Shown piece after piece: positions 1 through 14,375 of a stretch of 64,000 nt of DNA (its first letter is position 1; each line of letters starts with the position of its first letter). Source of the DNA: Chiloscyllium plagiosum (Eukaryota); contig NC_057753.1 in the NCBI RefSeq assembly GCF_004010195.1, forward strand, positions 8,554,985-8,618,984. The letters run 5' to 3'. Made by a program: the position numbers and the translations under genes. The notes under the pieces are model-generated. The model searched no databases. It was not told the origin of the DNA and saw only the letters and a program-made list of their open reading frames with translations.

Positions 1-292
1 TATTTTATTTTCAGCTTCTGGCAACAAATCGCCACAAATCGATCAAAGGTGAAAGCGACCGTCAACCAAGCAGAACTGTCTATGGCTTCATAAATTAATG
101 CAACACGAAGACTGCATACTGGTGTGATGGACAGAAAACTCAATGGGAAGAAAATTCCAGCAATGCGACTTAATATCACAGCCGTGATAATGACCTGGAG
201 ATCTGTCACTGCCATGGACACCAGATAATATGTGATACATTTAGAGAGCCCGCATGTTTTTCGAGACAATATCAGTATTACCGCCAAGTTTG
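1..292 (-). CDS. GPR139-like orphan class A GPCR, paralogue A, coding exon 2 (partial; continues past the left edge)
   Basis: Reverse-complement translation after the acceptor ttttttttcgattgcag: (A)NLAVILILSRKTCGLSKCITYYLVSMAVTDLQVIITAVILSRIAGIFFPLSFLSITPVCSLRVALIYEAIDSSAWLTVAFTFDRFVAICCQKLKIK. It contains TM1 N, TM2 MAxxD, C3.25 and a DRF motif, with no stops. The phase-1 junction is compatible with the exon at 2649-2718. Confidence 0.9.
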
Positions 293-1246
293 CTGCAATC
301 GAAAAAAAAGCGAGGGTAAAATACAATTAATATCCTTCAGAGATCGAACATGAAAACATGTAGTTTAACCTCCATTAAAAATTTTCAGAGCGTTTAATCA
401 ATTGTGTATCTCCAAAACAGTGACCTGTATTAACAAATATCTCTTGTATAGCAATGTTTCTCCATTTGGTACAATCAACCAACTTAAAAGTAAATTAGCA
501 TAATGATGCAGCGAAGTCAGTAGTGAAATATAATAGAAACACGTAGTTAATACAAAAAAATCTTCAAAACCAAAAGTAGAATAGGTAAAATGAATTACCA
601 AATGGGAGAAAGAAATCGAGGAATAATGCGTCGAATGTGTGACACGCAAGGAACAAAAACAACAGTAAGTCAAGAAAAATTATATGTTTTGAGTTTCAAA
701 AATAGCGATATTCATCAAATTATTTGTTTGAAATGCCTGTAATCAACTTTGACAAAACAAAAACCTCATGAGGAACGGCAGAACGGACAATTGACATATT
801 TTTGAGTTTGCAATGAAAAGACTGGTTAGAATGCAACAAAGTATCTAACTCTTCCCATGACAGTCACTTGGAACTGTTCATGTCGAACTGAACCACTGTA
901 GTGTAGAGATAATGAGATTTCATTCAGAGAAATGTCTGTTTCTAAATGTATAATCTTAAAGTTGCAAGGTGTTGTGTGAGATTTTTATTCATATAATGGG
1001 AATTTGAAATCAAAAATTCTAGTCTCAGTTATGAGACATTTCAACTGCTCTAGCTTTATTCATTCTAGAGAGAAAAAGAACGAAAATGATACTGGTTGCA
1101 ATATTACGAAGTGAACGGAGCAAGAAAACGTTTGTGGAGTTCAATGCATGGAAGTCAGAAAATCAACTAATCGGGAGAACAGAACAAAACGACAATGTGG
1201 TCTAACCAGCTACGATTCGTACAGAGATTCTTGGAATTGATTGTTC

Positions 1247-1338
1247 AGAGTCGAGAGTGTGGTGCTAGAAAAACCCGTCAGGTCATACAACATCCGAGGA
1301 GCGGGAGAATTGACGTTTTGGGCATTAGCCTTTTCAGA
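1247..1338 (-). mobile_element. Penelope-like element terminal fragment with decayed hammerhead core, in the intron of paralogue A
   Basis: The minus strand reads ctgaaaaggctaatgcccaaaacgtcaattctcccgctcctcggatg..., resembling the termini at 16070-16235 and 49111-49220. Confidence 0.6.
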
Positions 1339-1606
1339 TCGAGTCAAATGTTAATGATTCTATAAACGAGAACTCCTGCATTTATCCTGCATCCTGCCAA
1401 AACCACACCTCCTTTGATACCAATTTAATGACTTCATTCGGTAAATTTATAAGCCAGTTAAACATTTAATTCTCCTGTTCAATCAGTTAATTGTGTGAAG
1501 TGCTACGCTACAATGAATGTCAGCAACAGAATATAACTTGCGTTTAACATGTCTTGAGCAGGAGTACAAATAACATAATAAATGTACACTTACACTGAGA
1601 CGATTA

Positions 1607-1842
1607 TAGAACATAGAACATAGAACAATACAGCACAGAACAGGCCCTTCGGCCCACGAAGTTGTGCCGAACATTTGTCCTAGCTTAAGCACCCATCCAT
1701 GTACCTATCCAATTGCCGCTTAAAGGTCACCACTCCCACAGGCAGCGCATTCCATGCCCCCACCACTCTCTGGGTAAAGAACCCACCCCTGACATCTCCC
1801 CTATACCTTCCACCCTTCACCTTAAATTTATGTCCCCTTGTA
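1607..1842 (-). mobile_element. CR1 LINE 3' end with (ATAGAAC)n tail
   Basis: Tandem 7-bp tail and 3' UTR nearly identical to the copy at 52814-53015 in the opposite orientation. Confidence 0.85.
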
Positions 1843-2648
1843 ATAAGGTATCACATGTAACATTAAAAATGCAACAATAGATATATGTTTATTAAGGCAT
1901 GATAGATATTATGAAACGTAAGTCCCAAAAAACAAGCCAGTAGCACACGTTAATTACATATGATAACTGAAAGAATATTCACACAGAGCAACTGTGACAT
2001 TAACACAGTGGAATTAAACTTGTAACATAGCATCTCTACAGTCACTGAATAGTAATAGAATTTTGAACAGTAAAATATAACCTGTTTTCACTGTGAAATT
2101 AGTTTCAGATTCATGAAGCACCCAGCCCAAGTAGTCAAAATCAAAAGTGCGAGAAATTACATTTGTGAAGGGTGAATATTTTTCCCCTCATAGGTAAATG
2201 ACAAATAATTAAAGCGGGATAAAAATAATGTGAATAGAGTAAGTTGTTGAGAACCGGCTTGATGTCCTAACTTCTCCACATGCGTGTCATAATATGTTGG
2301 AACATGTTCATGAGAAATAATGCATAGACTAAGCTAATGAATGGGGAAGCGACGCTGCTACTGTAGAATACTTTTACATATGTTAACAATAAATTGTGGG
2401 AATGAACGAAATAAATTATACCCTCAAAATGTGGAACTAGTATGCTTCATAAGATATATAAGAAAAAAAGTAATGTGAAGAAAAACGTCTGCCAATTAAG
2501 AAGAAATTCTGGCTGAACTAGCTAAACATGCTGTTATAGTTCAGGGAATGAATACCAGTATCGCAAAGATTCGCAAGTGGTGATTCGGAAAACTAATTCA
2601 ATAAACCAGCACTTCATGAAACTCCAATTAAATAAAATATACTTCTAC

Positions 2649-2718
2649 CTGGAAAGCCGATAACTGCAAGAGCAGGATAGTAGATTTCGAACAGGAGACC
2701 TTGTGGTGACACATGCAT
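2649..2718 (-). CDS. GPR139-like GPCR paralogue A, coding exon 1
   Basis: ATG at 2718 reads MHVSPQGLLFEIYYPALAVIGFP+G|gtagaa (70 nt, phase-1 GT donor). Length and phase match exon 1 of paralogue B. An in-frame upstream ATG at 2739 would add MHRTSIE, with an in-frame TAA just upstream of it. Confidence 0.85.
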
Positions 2719-2766
2719 TTCTATAGAAGTTCTATGCATTTGTTACACTCCGGTTAACATTGTCAC

Positions 2767-2773
2767 ATTTATA
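2767..2773 (-). promoter_or_regulatory. Candidate TATA box of GPCR paralogue A
   Basis: TATAAAT on the minus strand about 50 nt upstream of the ATG at 2718. The context is AT-rich, so a chance match is possible. Confidence 0.25.
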
Positions 2774-4289
2774 CATTATTTCATGCTCTAGGGATACAAT
2801 TAGAAAGTCTGATATTTTCTCCTTGATTACATTTTTATTTGTAATAAATGAGTGTAGTTGCTGTGACGATGGCATATACCTTTTCAGACAAAGTTACGTT
2901 TCCTGAACTGGATTTGAATAAAACCTCAAGTGAGGTATTCAGCGACAACAGAATGGTGCAATTATATGTGCTTACACAATATGAAACGGGCCTGAAATTA
3001 TAAAGGGAACAATCAATGCAGAGGCATTTTCTAATGACCACAAAGTGTAAATAACACTTCTTTGAATCCCTGTTATCAGTATTGATTCAAGTCTCTGACT
3101 ATTTTATGGTTTTATGGGAACAGGTCGTAGAAATGGAGCAAGGATGCCAAATCCAGTAAACACTTCTGCCCCAGTGATGCTGCCAGTTGAACACAGCTTC
3201 GTCCCAACAATCTGAATGAGAGTCTAATCATTAATGTTATCGTTATTGCATCAAAAAAAATCTTTTTAAGCATGCGCATTTGTTGAATAATTTGGATATT
3301 TCCAAAAGTTTTATCAGGCATCTAAACATTCAGTGACACATAAATGCACGCTGTAAAATTCCTATGTGAAAAGACTCAAATTGATTTGTATTCAATAAAT
3401 TGATGCATCATGTGCTATTAAATGTTAATGTCCATCATTAACTAAATAGTTCATGGAAGTATATTAAGCTGCCTAATACGTTTGTGCTCACTGCGGTGCC
3501 AAGTGTCCACTACATTCCCAAGCAGGACAAGTTCTATGGGTAAATCAATTTTGTGGATAATGTTCTTTGTGGTGGCATAAATTTGCTGAGAGGAAAACAG
3601 ACTGGCTCACAAAGAGATCTCCAGGAGATAAGTTTTATTATTTTTTCCCTAAAGGCATCGGACCTCAAAATGAATTGGGCATCTTCCAGTTATTTATTTC
3701 ATTACGCAAGATCTCTGCGAGTGCTTATACTTCTGCTTGAGCAACGAATAGCCCAGAAGACTTAACACTGAGTTCTCCAATTTCAAAATGCTCCCGTCCC
3801 ATCCCACGACTCCGTTTCCAGCCCTTCCCCCGCCTTTTATTCCTCTCATTAACCAATCCTTCCAGATACCAACTGAATCAATTCCTCCCATCGAACAACC
3901 AGGTCGTACCGCTTACCTGCGTTCACCTTTTCCTACCTCATTTAATCAGTTGAGAGGTAATTTTATAGGATGGGCTGAAGGGCTAAATCTGTTGATGATA
4001 TTTGACAGCTGCATGATCTTGAATGAGCCATATGATTTTTTTTTCTGTGCCACAGATAGCATAATGAAAATTGATTTTGTGTACTGCCCATTTGTTACAC
4101 TATATACGAAGGAGTTTCGTTACAAGTCATCAAACTTCACCTTGGAACGGGATAATGCAAGTTGGTAGGAATGAACCTAAGCCTGCAGACCATCCATCGA
4201 TCTAAGTGTCCACGACATGGAGGAGGGATTGGGGGAGACCTAGCCTTGACGACACACGTTACATTCAACAACCAAATATATGAAACAGA

Positions 4290-5390
4290 TCAATGAAATA
4301 CCTTTCGTCTTTCCCATTTCTGGGTTCATAGCAGAAACAGCGATGCAAAGATTGAAACAAACAGCTCTCGGCAAATCCAGTGCAAACTCTGGATCATATA
4401 CGAAGATGACACTTTTGAAAAAATCATTAAGAGAATACACACCAGATTAGCAGCACCGTAATTGCAAGGATCAGATTTCTGAAAGAGAAACAAGCCAACA
4501 ATCGACTCCCATTTCTGGATGTGTACAAGAACACAGAATATTGAATGCACCACAAAAGTGAGCAAGAAAGCCACACATAACGACCATGTCCTTAATTACT
4601 GTAGAAACACCCAAACATGTGCAAGAGAGGCTGCAATTATCCCTACTCAAATGGGCTTCAGTGTACTGCAACACTCCGACCGTCGAAGGGAAGAACAGCT
4701 CTACAATGTATTTGTCAAGAACGATATCCCTGCAACTTCATCTGCCGCTGCCTAACAGACGAACAACACGTCGAGGGCATGCCACGACATAACTCACTGG
4801 CCTCGCTAACTTACATGAAAAGGTATCAGAACTGATTGCCAGACTTCACCGAACAGTCGGATTCACAACAGACCATAAACTGACAGCCAGACTCAGACAT
4901 CTACTCACGAGAACAAAATACCCTGTACCCATCATGTACAAGACAGACATAATTTGCAGAATTCTATAGAAAGACTGCACAAAACACTACAAATTGGAAA
5001 AAAAGCATGCAACTAACAACCTGCATCCATGTACAGCAACTTCCACTAAATGTCACAACCAGTTGTGATAACCAAGACCATGAATTCGATTGAGATTGCA
5101 CAATGATCATAGGAAAAGCTAAACGTAGGTCAGCCACAGAATTCCTAGAAGCATGGCAGCCAGCCACAGACCGCATCAACAAGCACATTGATCAAGATCC
5201 AATATACCGGTCACTACAGTGAACGACTGGAAACGGCAGCTGGAAGAACAAATACGGAACCAAATACATTCCATAAGGTGCAGTACAGCAGCGTTTCACA
5301 AAAGGACCCAAAGCACCAAAGAGGTCAACTAGACAGGTGATGAAACGTCTGCAAATCGAATTCCCATCTCGGTGGACATACCCACTTGAC
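4290..5390 (+). mobile_element. Decayed Penelope-like element (RT C-terminus, GIY-YIG remnant and terminal repeat)
   Basis: Frameshifted pieces LWIIYEDDTF, NNRLPFLDV, KATHNDHVLNY and EFLEAWQPATDRINKHIDQDPIY. The 3' part is homologous to 61296-61650. Confidence 0.8.
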
Positions 5391-5892
5391 AGTAGAGATG
5401 GATGTCGTTCTTATGTGCACGAAATTACTCCCCAACCCCTTTCGTTTACCCGTAGTTGATTAATACCAACTAACCCATTCTACTTGATGTGGAATGGATA
5501 AACCTGATTTTTCCTTTTAGAAAATAGAAACACTGAAGTCTGAACCTATTTGTAGAATTTCAACTTCGAATTATAGTGATTCATGAGGCAACCTCAACCC
5601 ATAAAGCCATTCATCAATAACATTTCTGTGTTGGAGAAGTAGAGTGGGAAAACATCATTGCAGTGAACATCAGGAATCTCGAATGCACTGAGCCTGGGTA
5701 CACTTCCATACATCCTGATAAAAATTACGTTAAATCTCAAATGCCTTGATATTCTAAAACGTCTAAATGCAATAATTACCTTAACATTTAAAGGGATTCT
5801 GGGAAGTAATAAAATGCATGCACACAGTCTCAATGGTTTCAGAAGAGGAAAATGGAAGTGACTTCGATGTAACAAACACAATGTTGATTTAG

Positions 5893-7345
5893 ATTCATAG
5901 AGTCGTATGGAGACAGCATGGAGGCAGGCCCATTCGCCCAGACTGGTCCGTGCTGACAAAAGTGTCTGTCCACGCCACCCGCATTATCCTGCTCTTGGTC
6001 CATATCCTTCTAAGCATTTGCGATCCATGTATTTGTCCAAATGCCTTTTAATAGTTCTTGATGTACTCGACTCAATCGCTTCCACTAGCAATTCATTCCA
6101 TATGTGTACCAACTTCTGTGTAAAAAACAGTGGCCCCTCGGGTTCCCTTTTATTCTTTCCCCTTGAACCTTACACTCATGCCTTCTTATCTTCTCTTCCT
6201 CAATCCTGGGAAAAATACTGAGTACATTCATCCTATCCATGTCTCTCGTGATCTTATACAGCTCTACACGACCCGCCTCCCTCAGTCTCCTATACTCTGA
6301 AGAAAAGTGTCCCAGCTTGTCCGATATCTCCCTATAACTCAGACTTCTAAGTCCAGGGAACATCCTTGTAAATTTCTTCTGCATTCTTTCCAGCTTAATA
6401 ACATCCTTCCTAAAGTAAGATGAACAAAACTGAGCACAATACTCTAATTGCATACTTAGCAACGTCCCGTGTAACTACAACTAAACTTCACAACTTCTAT
6501 GGTCAATGCCCTGATTGATGAATTTCAGCATGTGAACTGGCCTCTCCATCGGCGACTCGACTTTATGAGGACTGTGAGTCTGAAGTCCAAGATCACTCTT
6601 TTACACTACTCATCTTAAAGTTGTGTCATTCACCCTGAAACACCTAACTGATTTGATTTTCTAAAATGCATTACCTCACATTTATGTACATTAAACTCTA
6701 TTTTCCATTTCTCAGGCAACTTTCCCAGCTGATCAAGGTTCTGCTGCATCTTCTGATAACTTTCCTAACTTTGCACGATACTGCCTATTTTCCTGTAATC
6801 TGCAAACTTACTAATCATGCTTTGTACGTTGTCATTGAAAGCATTGATACAGATAGCAAACAATAATGGGCCCAGCAAAGAACCCGAACGCATTCCACTA
6901 GTCACAGGCCTCCAAACCGACAAGCAGCTTTCCATTATTATCGTCTGCTTCTTATCATCAAGCCTATTTTGTATCGAATTTGCCAGCTCGCCTTGGGTTC
7001 CATATGATCTAAACTTCCAGAGCAGCCTACCATGTTGAACGTTATTAAATGCCTTATTTGAATCCATGTACACTACTCCTACATCTTTGGTCTCGTGAAC
7101 ATTGCTGGTCTCTTCATCAAAGAACTCTGACAAATTTGTAAGGCATGACCTTCCAGATACAAAGCCATGTTGTCTATTCCTAATCAAAACCTGCTTTTCC
7201 AAATTTTTGTTCATCTCATCCTTCAGAATGTTCTCAAGAGACTTACACACTACAGATGTTGAGCTGACGAATTTATAATCTCTAATATTTTCTTGGCGGC
7301 ACTTCTTGAGTAATAGCACAACATATGCTACACCTCAGTCTTCCA
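5893..7345 (-). mobile_element. CR1 LINE, 5'-truncated and decayed (RT region to 3' tail)
   Basis: ORF 6765-7319 contains QHGFVSGRSCLTNL, VYMDSNKAF, VTSG..GSLLGPLLF and SKFAD; ORF 6085-6462 contains LEYCAQF and LERMQKKFTRM. Confidence 0.9.
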
Positions 7346-7359
7346 GGACCAATATGTAT

Positions 7360-8965
7360 TTGTCAGGCAGGAAAGAAGTGGTCGAGCGAGAGTGCCACGG
7401 TTTATTAAAGAATTTGTATCTCTTGTCAAGAGGAAAAAGAAGTATTATGTAAAGATGAGACGTGAAGTCTCAATTAGGGCGCTTGAGAGTTACATGTTCG
7501 CCAGGAAGGACCAAAACAGACAGTGAAGAAGAGCCAGGAGGGGATACAAGAATTCTTTGGCAGGTACAATCAAGAAAAACCCTAAAGCTTTCTTTCAGAA
7601 TGTCAGGAATCAAAGAATGACGAGAGTAAAGTTAGTGCCAGTCAAGGTCAGTATTGGAAACTTGGACGTGGTGTCCTAGGACATAGGAGAGGAGCTAAAT
7701 GCATATTTTTCGCCAGTATTCACACTGGAAAATGACAATGTTGTCAAGTAGATTACTGAGATACAGGCTATTAGTCTAGATGTGGTTGAGTTTCATAAGG
7801 AGGTGGTTTTGCAATCCTTGAACGTGTGAAAATAGATAAGCACGCTGGTTTGGATAAGAGCTTTCCTTGGATTCTCTGCTAAGCTAACGATGAGATTGTA
7901 GAATATTGAGCTTGGATCTTTATGTTATCATTTTCTGCAGGAATAGTCCAGAAGACTGGAGAGTAGCAAACGTTACCCACTTGATCAAGAAAGTGACTAG
8001 GGACAACACTGCTAATTATTGATCAGTGAGCCTTGTTTCAGTTGTAGTTGAAGTGTTGGAAATGATTATAAATGATTATATGATTATAGGATTTATAATC
8101 ATATCGAAAGGATTGATTTGATTAGAGGTAGCCAACACGGTTTTGTGATAGGTAGATCGCGCCTCGCGATTTTTAAGAGCTGGGCTGAGTGGCGGCAAAT
8201 GCAGTTTATTGTGGAAAATGCCAGGTGAATCATTGTTGAAGGAGTAACAAAAACACAGTATTCGGCTAATGGTAAGATTCTTGGTCGTGTGGATGTGCAG
8301 AGAGATTTGGGTCTCCATGTATGTAGATCCCTGAAAGTTGCTACCCAGATTGATAGAGTTGTTAAGAAGGCATACGGTGTGTTAGCTTTTATTGTTAGAG
8401 AGATTGAGCTTCTGAGCCGTGAGGTCATGTTGAAGCTGTGCAGACCTCTGGTGTGGCTGCACTTGCAGTATTTCTGGAAGGAAGGGAGTATAAACATTGG
8501 AAAGGATGCAGAAGAGATTTATCAGGATATTGCCTGGTATGGAGAAAACATCTTACGAGGAACGTCTGAGGGATTGAGGCTGCTTTCATTAGATATGAGG
8601 TTGAAAGTTGACTTAATAGAGACATACAAGATGAGCAGAGCTATCGATCGGATGGAGAGTGAGAGTCTTTTGCATCGGATGGTGATGGCTAGCACATAAG
8701 GACATACATTTAAATTGGGGGATGATGGATATCGGACAGATGTCAAAAGTAGTGTCTTTACTCAGAGAGTAGTAAGGGCATGGAATGTTCTGCCTGCAAC
8801 AGTAGTAGACTCGTCAACTTTGAGGGCATTTACATGGTCATTGGATAAACATATGAATCATAATGGAATAGTGTACGTTAGGTAGGCTTCAGATTGTTTT
8901 TATGGGTCGGTGCAACGTCGGGGACTGAAGTTCTTGAACTAGGCTGCAATGTTCTATGTTCTAAG
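7360..8965 (+). mobile_element. CR1 LINE, decayed ORF2 with internal deletion and 3' tail
   Basis: QRDLGLHVCRSLKVATQIDRVVKKAYG (ORF 8289-8699); tail gttctatgttct near 8960. Confidence 0.85.
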
Positions 8966-10640
8966 AGGAGGTTCTGGATATCTTAAAAGGCATAATCGTA
9001 GATAAATTCCTAGAACCTGATCAAGTCTACCCAAGGTATTATGGAAACTTGGGAAGTAATTGCCGGCCCCTTGCTGAGATATTAGTATCATGACAGCCAC
9101 GGGTGTGGTGCTAGAGAATGGTGGTTAGATAAAGTTGCCCAAATATTTACGAAAGACTGCAAGGAAAAGCCATGACCCTACATACTGGTGATACTGACAT
9201 CAATAGTGAGTGCTTTGTTGGGGGGGGATTCTGAGAGACAGACTGCATATGCATTTGGAAAGCTAAGGACTGAGTTAGACTCCTGAACATGCTTTTGTGT
9301 GTGTGGTGAATCGTGTCTGTCCATCTACATACTGGTGAGGCTGACATCACTAGTGATACATTGTTGGAGGGGACTCTGAGAGATAGGATCCATATGCATT
9401 TGGAAAGCTAACGACTGATAAAGAATCCTGAACATGCTTTTGTGTGTGCTCAATCTTGTCTGTCTATCTTGACCCAGTTTTTGAAGAAGTGATCAAGAAG
9501 GTCAATGAAGGCAGACAATAGATTTGATCTACACGGACATTCACAAGGTCTTCGACATGGCACAAGTTGGTAGACTATTTAGTAGGATGATTATTATGGG
9601 ATCAGGAACAGCTGGCGGTAGGAGACAGAGTGTGATGGTAATCGCTTGTTGTTCAGACTGGAAGTTTGTGATCAGCGGTATGCCACAAAGATTCATTCTA
9701 GATCGACTGTTATTCATTATTTATATATATATGATTTGGATGAGAAAGTGTGAGATATTGTCCCAAGTTTGCAAATGAGACAAAAATTGTTAGACAGTGA
9801 AGAAATTTATCTCAAAGTACAAAGAGATTTATCTCTACTTTCAGTGGGCTACAGACTGGCAGGTGAAGTTTATTTTTTATGAATTGAGAGACTGATATAT
9901 TTTAGTAATGAAAACCAAAGCAGAACTTACAACAGTTAATGATACAGCCCTAAGAGGGCTTGTTGAACAGAGAATGCAAATGGTGCAGGTATATAGTTCT
10001 GTGTGAGTGGTGGCACAGATAGAAAATATGGTGAACGTGCTGGGCACACTTCATTGGTCAGAGTACTGAGTGTAGGAGTTAGGACATCATGTTACCCCTG
10101 CACAAGACATTCAGAAGCCTAGATTTGGAGGACTTCATACAATTCTGGTCGCTCCACTATCGGAAGGGTGCTATCAAACTGTTGAAGGTGCAAAAATAAT
10201 TTCATAGATTTTACTGGAAGTGAAAAGTTTGAGTTAGAATGAAAGCCTGAATAGGCTGGCACTCTTTTCTGCTGAAGTGTGGGATGTTGAGTGGTGACCT
10301 TCTAGATGTATATAAAATCATGAAGGGTATAGATAAGATGAATAGACAAGGTACTTTCCCCTAAGGGAGGTATTCCAAAAGATGAGGCATAGTTTCAACA
10401 TGAGAAAGAAAAGTTGAAAATAAGGGACTAGAGCGGCAACATTTTCACAGAGTTCGGAGAATACATAGAAAAATGTATCAAATGAAGTTGTCAAGATGAG
10501 CACAATTAGAGCATTAGCAAAACACTTGGGCAAGTGCGTAGGTAGGCAAGTTTTAGAAAGAATGGGCAACTGTTTGGAAATTAGACGACGTTAACTTAGC
10601 AATCCTGGCCGAGTTGGACCAAAGAGTCTTCACCCTTTCT
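8966..10640 (+). mobile_element. Older CR1 LINE fragment with an internal ~147-bp tandem duplication
   Basis: Decayed IYTDIHKVFD and RRQSVMV..CCSDWKFVISGMPQ motifs; 9178-9324 is repeated at about 9325-9470. Confidence 0.75.
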
Positions 10641-11049
10641 GAAAGATACACATATGGCCTTTCAAGATGATTCCTGCACGATGTTCTCTCTTTGTACAGC
10701 TGTGACTTCCTTCTTGATCAACATTCTAACTACCACAACACTTTTACATCTCTCGTATCACTCTTGAAAAATCTATGTCTTAATAAATTGAACATCCAGT
10801 CCTGTCCTTCTGTTGACCGATTTTCTGTAATGACGACAGCATCGTAGTTACATGTAATATTCCATTTTGTAATCTCATCTCGTTTATGTGTTATTCTGCT
10901 TCCATGAAAATAAATACATTCCAGAGCTCAGTCCTGCTGTGTTCATTACTCTGGACCTGTTATTCTTCATATTATGCATTCTCGATTTAGCTTCTCTCTT
11001 CTATTCACACATTCTATATGTTGAATTATTTCTCTGGTTTTCTTCCCTC

Positions 11050-11945
11050 AATCACAATATTTTAACGTGTCTCTCCAACGCCGAATGACACAAGCCAACG
11101 TCTCTGTTAGGATATTGGAGCGCCTCTAGTTTAACTTCAACTGGCTACTCTTGCACAGACACCACATGCTCTGGAATATATCCCAGTGATACAGATGCTT
11201 ATAACTCTCTCACCTACATAACTTCCTTAATTACACATTTAACTGAATTGTTTTCCCAGTTGTAGCCTCAATAGCACGTGGCACAGGGATTAATAATGAT
11301 ATCACAAGCCGAGAAATCTTGATTTTACATTTTCTATTCAATACCATCAATTTTCATTTCAGGACCTTATCTGTCTTTCTGCCGATGTTGTTTGCAACAG
11401 TACGGACCACATGTGTTCAGAATGGCCTGTGCCCATTCAGATATACCTTTGACTCTGGTGTCAGGGCACAACGCACCATTGTGGAGTCTCAGTCAGAGTT
11501 ACAGAAATGCTTCTCTGTTTTTCGTTTGTAAATCCACTATGAACACTGATCGACTAGGATTCGACACACATTACTTGCTAAATCTTCGTGATGCTAGTGA
11601 CCTGAATGCGCCAGTTGCTTTATCCGAGTGGCTATCCTTCCAAGTGTTATCCATCTGTAAATCGCGTTGAACTGAAATACTGTCCGCATTACATAAATAC
11701 TGAAAATAAGACAGACATTGTAGTAATTCACTTTCATGAACTCCATTCCTTTCGAACTATGCAAGTGGCAGTGTCTGATTCGAATCCAAACTAATTACCA
11801 CCTCGAGCAGTAACTTTGCCATGAGCTGACTTCATCCGCCATAATATCTCTAGCAGCAATCCTGTCTCCCATCAGCTCCATAACATCCTCAGTCTCCACC
11901 CTGTCTCAGTCCAGATGCTGAATAAACCATCAACTGAACATTTGT
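11050..11945 (-). mobile_element. Highly decayed CR1 ORF1/5' region remnant
   Basis: Weak resemblance to the CR1 ORF1 regions at 16290-17190 and 26170-26780. Confidence 0.4.
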
Positions 11946-12049
11946 TTTGTTTAAATTTAGATGAGCAAATTTCTTCTGGCCACACTTACAAGTGTGCATA
12001 ATACAACTAGAAATGCCACATTCTCTTCAATGTTTTATAGGGAGACGGA

Positions 12050-12415
12050 GGGATTGGTGTAATGTCACTGTAGTTGTCGCCCAGAGATCCACGCAAATAC
12101 TATGGAAACATAGGCTCAAAGTCCCCTCTAGCAAATGGTAAAATTTACTACATAACAGTGCTAGCCATTACTGGGAGTAGATTTTAGTGAATTTGTTTGA
12201 AATTTGGTGGTTCATCTATGCCCTATACAAAAAAATGGCATTTGCATTCCTTGCCCAATCTGCATTATCGGCAACTCCAGATGAGAAACAATGTCATTGG
12301 CTCTGAGCTGGTCTTTCTAATGGCCGAACAAGCCACACAACTGAAGGAAATTCGGTACTCACAACAAGATCTGGTCTTGCCAATATTGCCTACATGTCAT
12401 GAATGAATATTGAAA
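12050..12415 (+). mobile_element. Old Deu-domain (SacSINE1-like) SINE
   Basis: tRNA-like head (gtaatgtcactg...ccagaga...caaa), a Deu-like core (ggttca..tgccct....tccttg....actccaga...caatgt...tggcc..acaagcca) and an L2-like tail ending catgaatgaata. Confidence 0.55.
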
Positions 12416-13544
12416 AGAAAGAAGAATCTCATTCCTACAGACATAGCGTCATACAGGCCGTAAACAAATCGATCGGTCCACTCTGAACATAACGCCACAA
12501 CAAAGTAGCCCCACCTGCCTGTTCCTGGCACAGATCCGCTAAACCATTCCCATTCATGTAATTATCCAAAAGCCCTTTGTTTTGTACCCAATCCATCATT
12601 TCCGCAGCAGGTTTGTTCGACATGAGAATCACATTCTGTTTAAAACAAAGGCCCCTTCTATTTTTCTACATCAATTTTCCTGGAAATTCTTTTCTGTTCA
12701 TTATGCATCCAGTTCGTGACCAAACGTGAAATCGTTTCCCTCGCTTTCTCTCCCTTGAACATGGTATCAATCTCCACAGTTCTACTGATGCTGACGTTGG
12801 GGATGATGAATTACAGAAAATGGTGCGTGTTAAGATGTGAAAGAATTCTATGTCGCGATGAGGCGTCAAGTATTCCTTTGTTCAGGCTGTTGGGAATAAG
12901 TGCAGAAAGGAAAACGAGCAGAACAGTAAAAGGAAAGGGAAGGAAACTGTTTTGAACATGTGCGGAATTTTACATATTTCTGTCATTAGAACGTTAGTGG
13001 ATCTTCTTTGGATGGTTGATTGTGAGCTTCTGCAAAGGTTTAGTGAGAATCTGCAACATAACTGGTAAATTGGGAAGAGACTGCATGTATGGGGAAGATT
13101 TGTAACAATGGAGAAGGCGCAATGTGATTTACATCAGAAACATGAGGCAGTTTTGACTCGCCCCAAACGCTCACCGAGTTTTTCAGGAACGCTTGTCCAA
13201 CGACTCGGTAAACTAGAGCACGTCGTGAGACAAATGCATTTCATACAAGAGGTGGTGTCAAAGCTGGACGACCCCTTTCACAACACGTGGAGTCTCAACC
13301 AAATGTGGAATTTGGTCTCGGTAGCCATGAAATTCACAGAATTTATTTGAATTTCTTTGGTCCGCAACTTGCCAGCCAGGAGTTGATGTGATATGCGTTG
13401 TCTCCCAGGATGCTGTCCATCGATGTAACAAACTTTTGAAGGAGGTCACCTACTGCAGGCGATGTGCACACATTGTTTCTTTTCACATGGACATGAGAAT
13501 GAAAATCACCCAGAAATATTAGCGTACGTAATAGTTTGACTTGT

Positions 13545-13895
13545 TTTCAATTCATTCGAGGACGTGGTGTCATAGCCCGAGTCGGCATTTATTGCCAATC
13601 CCTGGTTTTCTTGGAACAAAAGTGGTAGCCTGTTGCATTCTTCGCCTACTGCGGTCTGTTTGTTGCACATGGATCCAAAATATCATGTTGGAGAAAACTT
13701 CAGAATTTTGATCCAGTGTAACTAATAGAGCTATGATTCATTTCCAAGTGAGGTTGTTGATGGCTTGAAAGAGAACTTGCAAGTCATGGTATTCGGATAC
13801 ACCTGTTAACATTGTCATTTTCAATGCATGTACTTGCATTTTAGAGGATGCTGCTGAAGGAGCCTTGGTGAATGTCAACTATGCATTTCATATAT
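13545..13895 (-). mobile_element. L2-clade LINE 3' end remnant
   Basis: The minus strand ends ...gggattggcaataaatgccgac...cacgtcctcgaatgaa, the typical L2/Deu-SINE tail. Confidence 0.5.
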
Positions 13896-14009
13896 TTTAC
13901 TTAATTGCCAGCAATTTTATGAAGTATGAAAGAAAAGGAGACAGATGATAAAAAGTATACAGAAAAATGCACACAACCTAGAAGCAGAAGTGGGCTTTCG
14001 CACCCCTTG

Positions 14010-14375
14010 AGTTCTGACACTCAATAAGAATGAGGTTGCCGAGCAGGAGGCAGGGCGAACACAGCAATCCAGATAGTATCAGGAGATGGAGAATTCGACG
14101 TTTCAGGTGTAACCTTCTCCATAACTTGGCAGTGGGCGCAAGGGGAACTGCAGATAAAGGGTGATAGGACAGGATGGTGAGGTGGGGATATGTGGAGACA
14201 GGTGGAGTGTACAATCTGTTTGGTGGATTGGAGGGATGACTCTGGTTGGTGGCTTAAAGAAATGTAAGGGAGGGTGAGGGGCTGGAAGGGAGTTAGGGAA
14301 TGGGAAGTGAGGTTATTTGAAAGTGGATAATTCAATGTCAAGACCTCTGGGCTCTAGGCGGCCGATGTGGAAGAT
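14010..14375 (-). mobile_element. Penelope-like element 3' fragment with decayed hammerhead
   Basis: The minus strand has a GIY-YIG C-terminal remnant (ggtcttgacattgaatt), a pyrimidine-rich UTR and ...gaaggttacacctgaaacgtcg. A related remnant lies at about 3760-3950 (+). Confidence 0.55.
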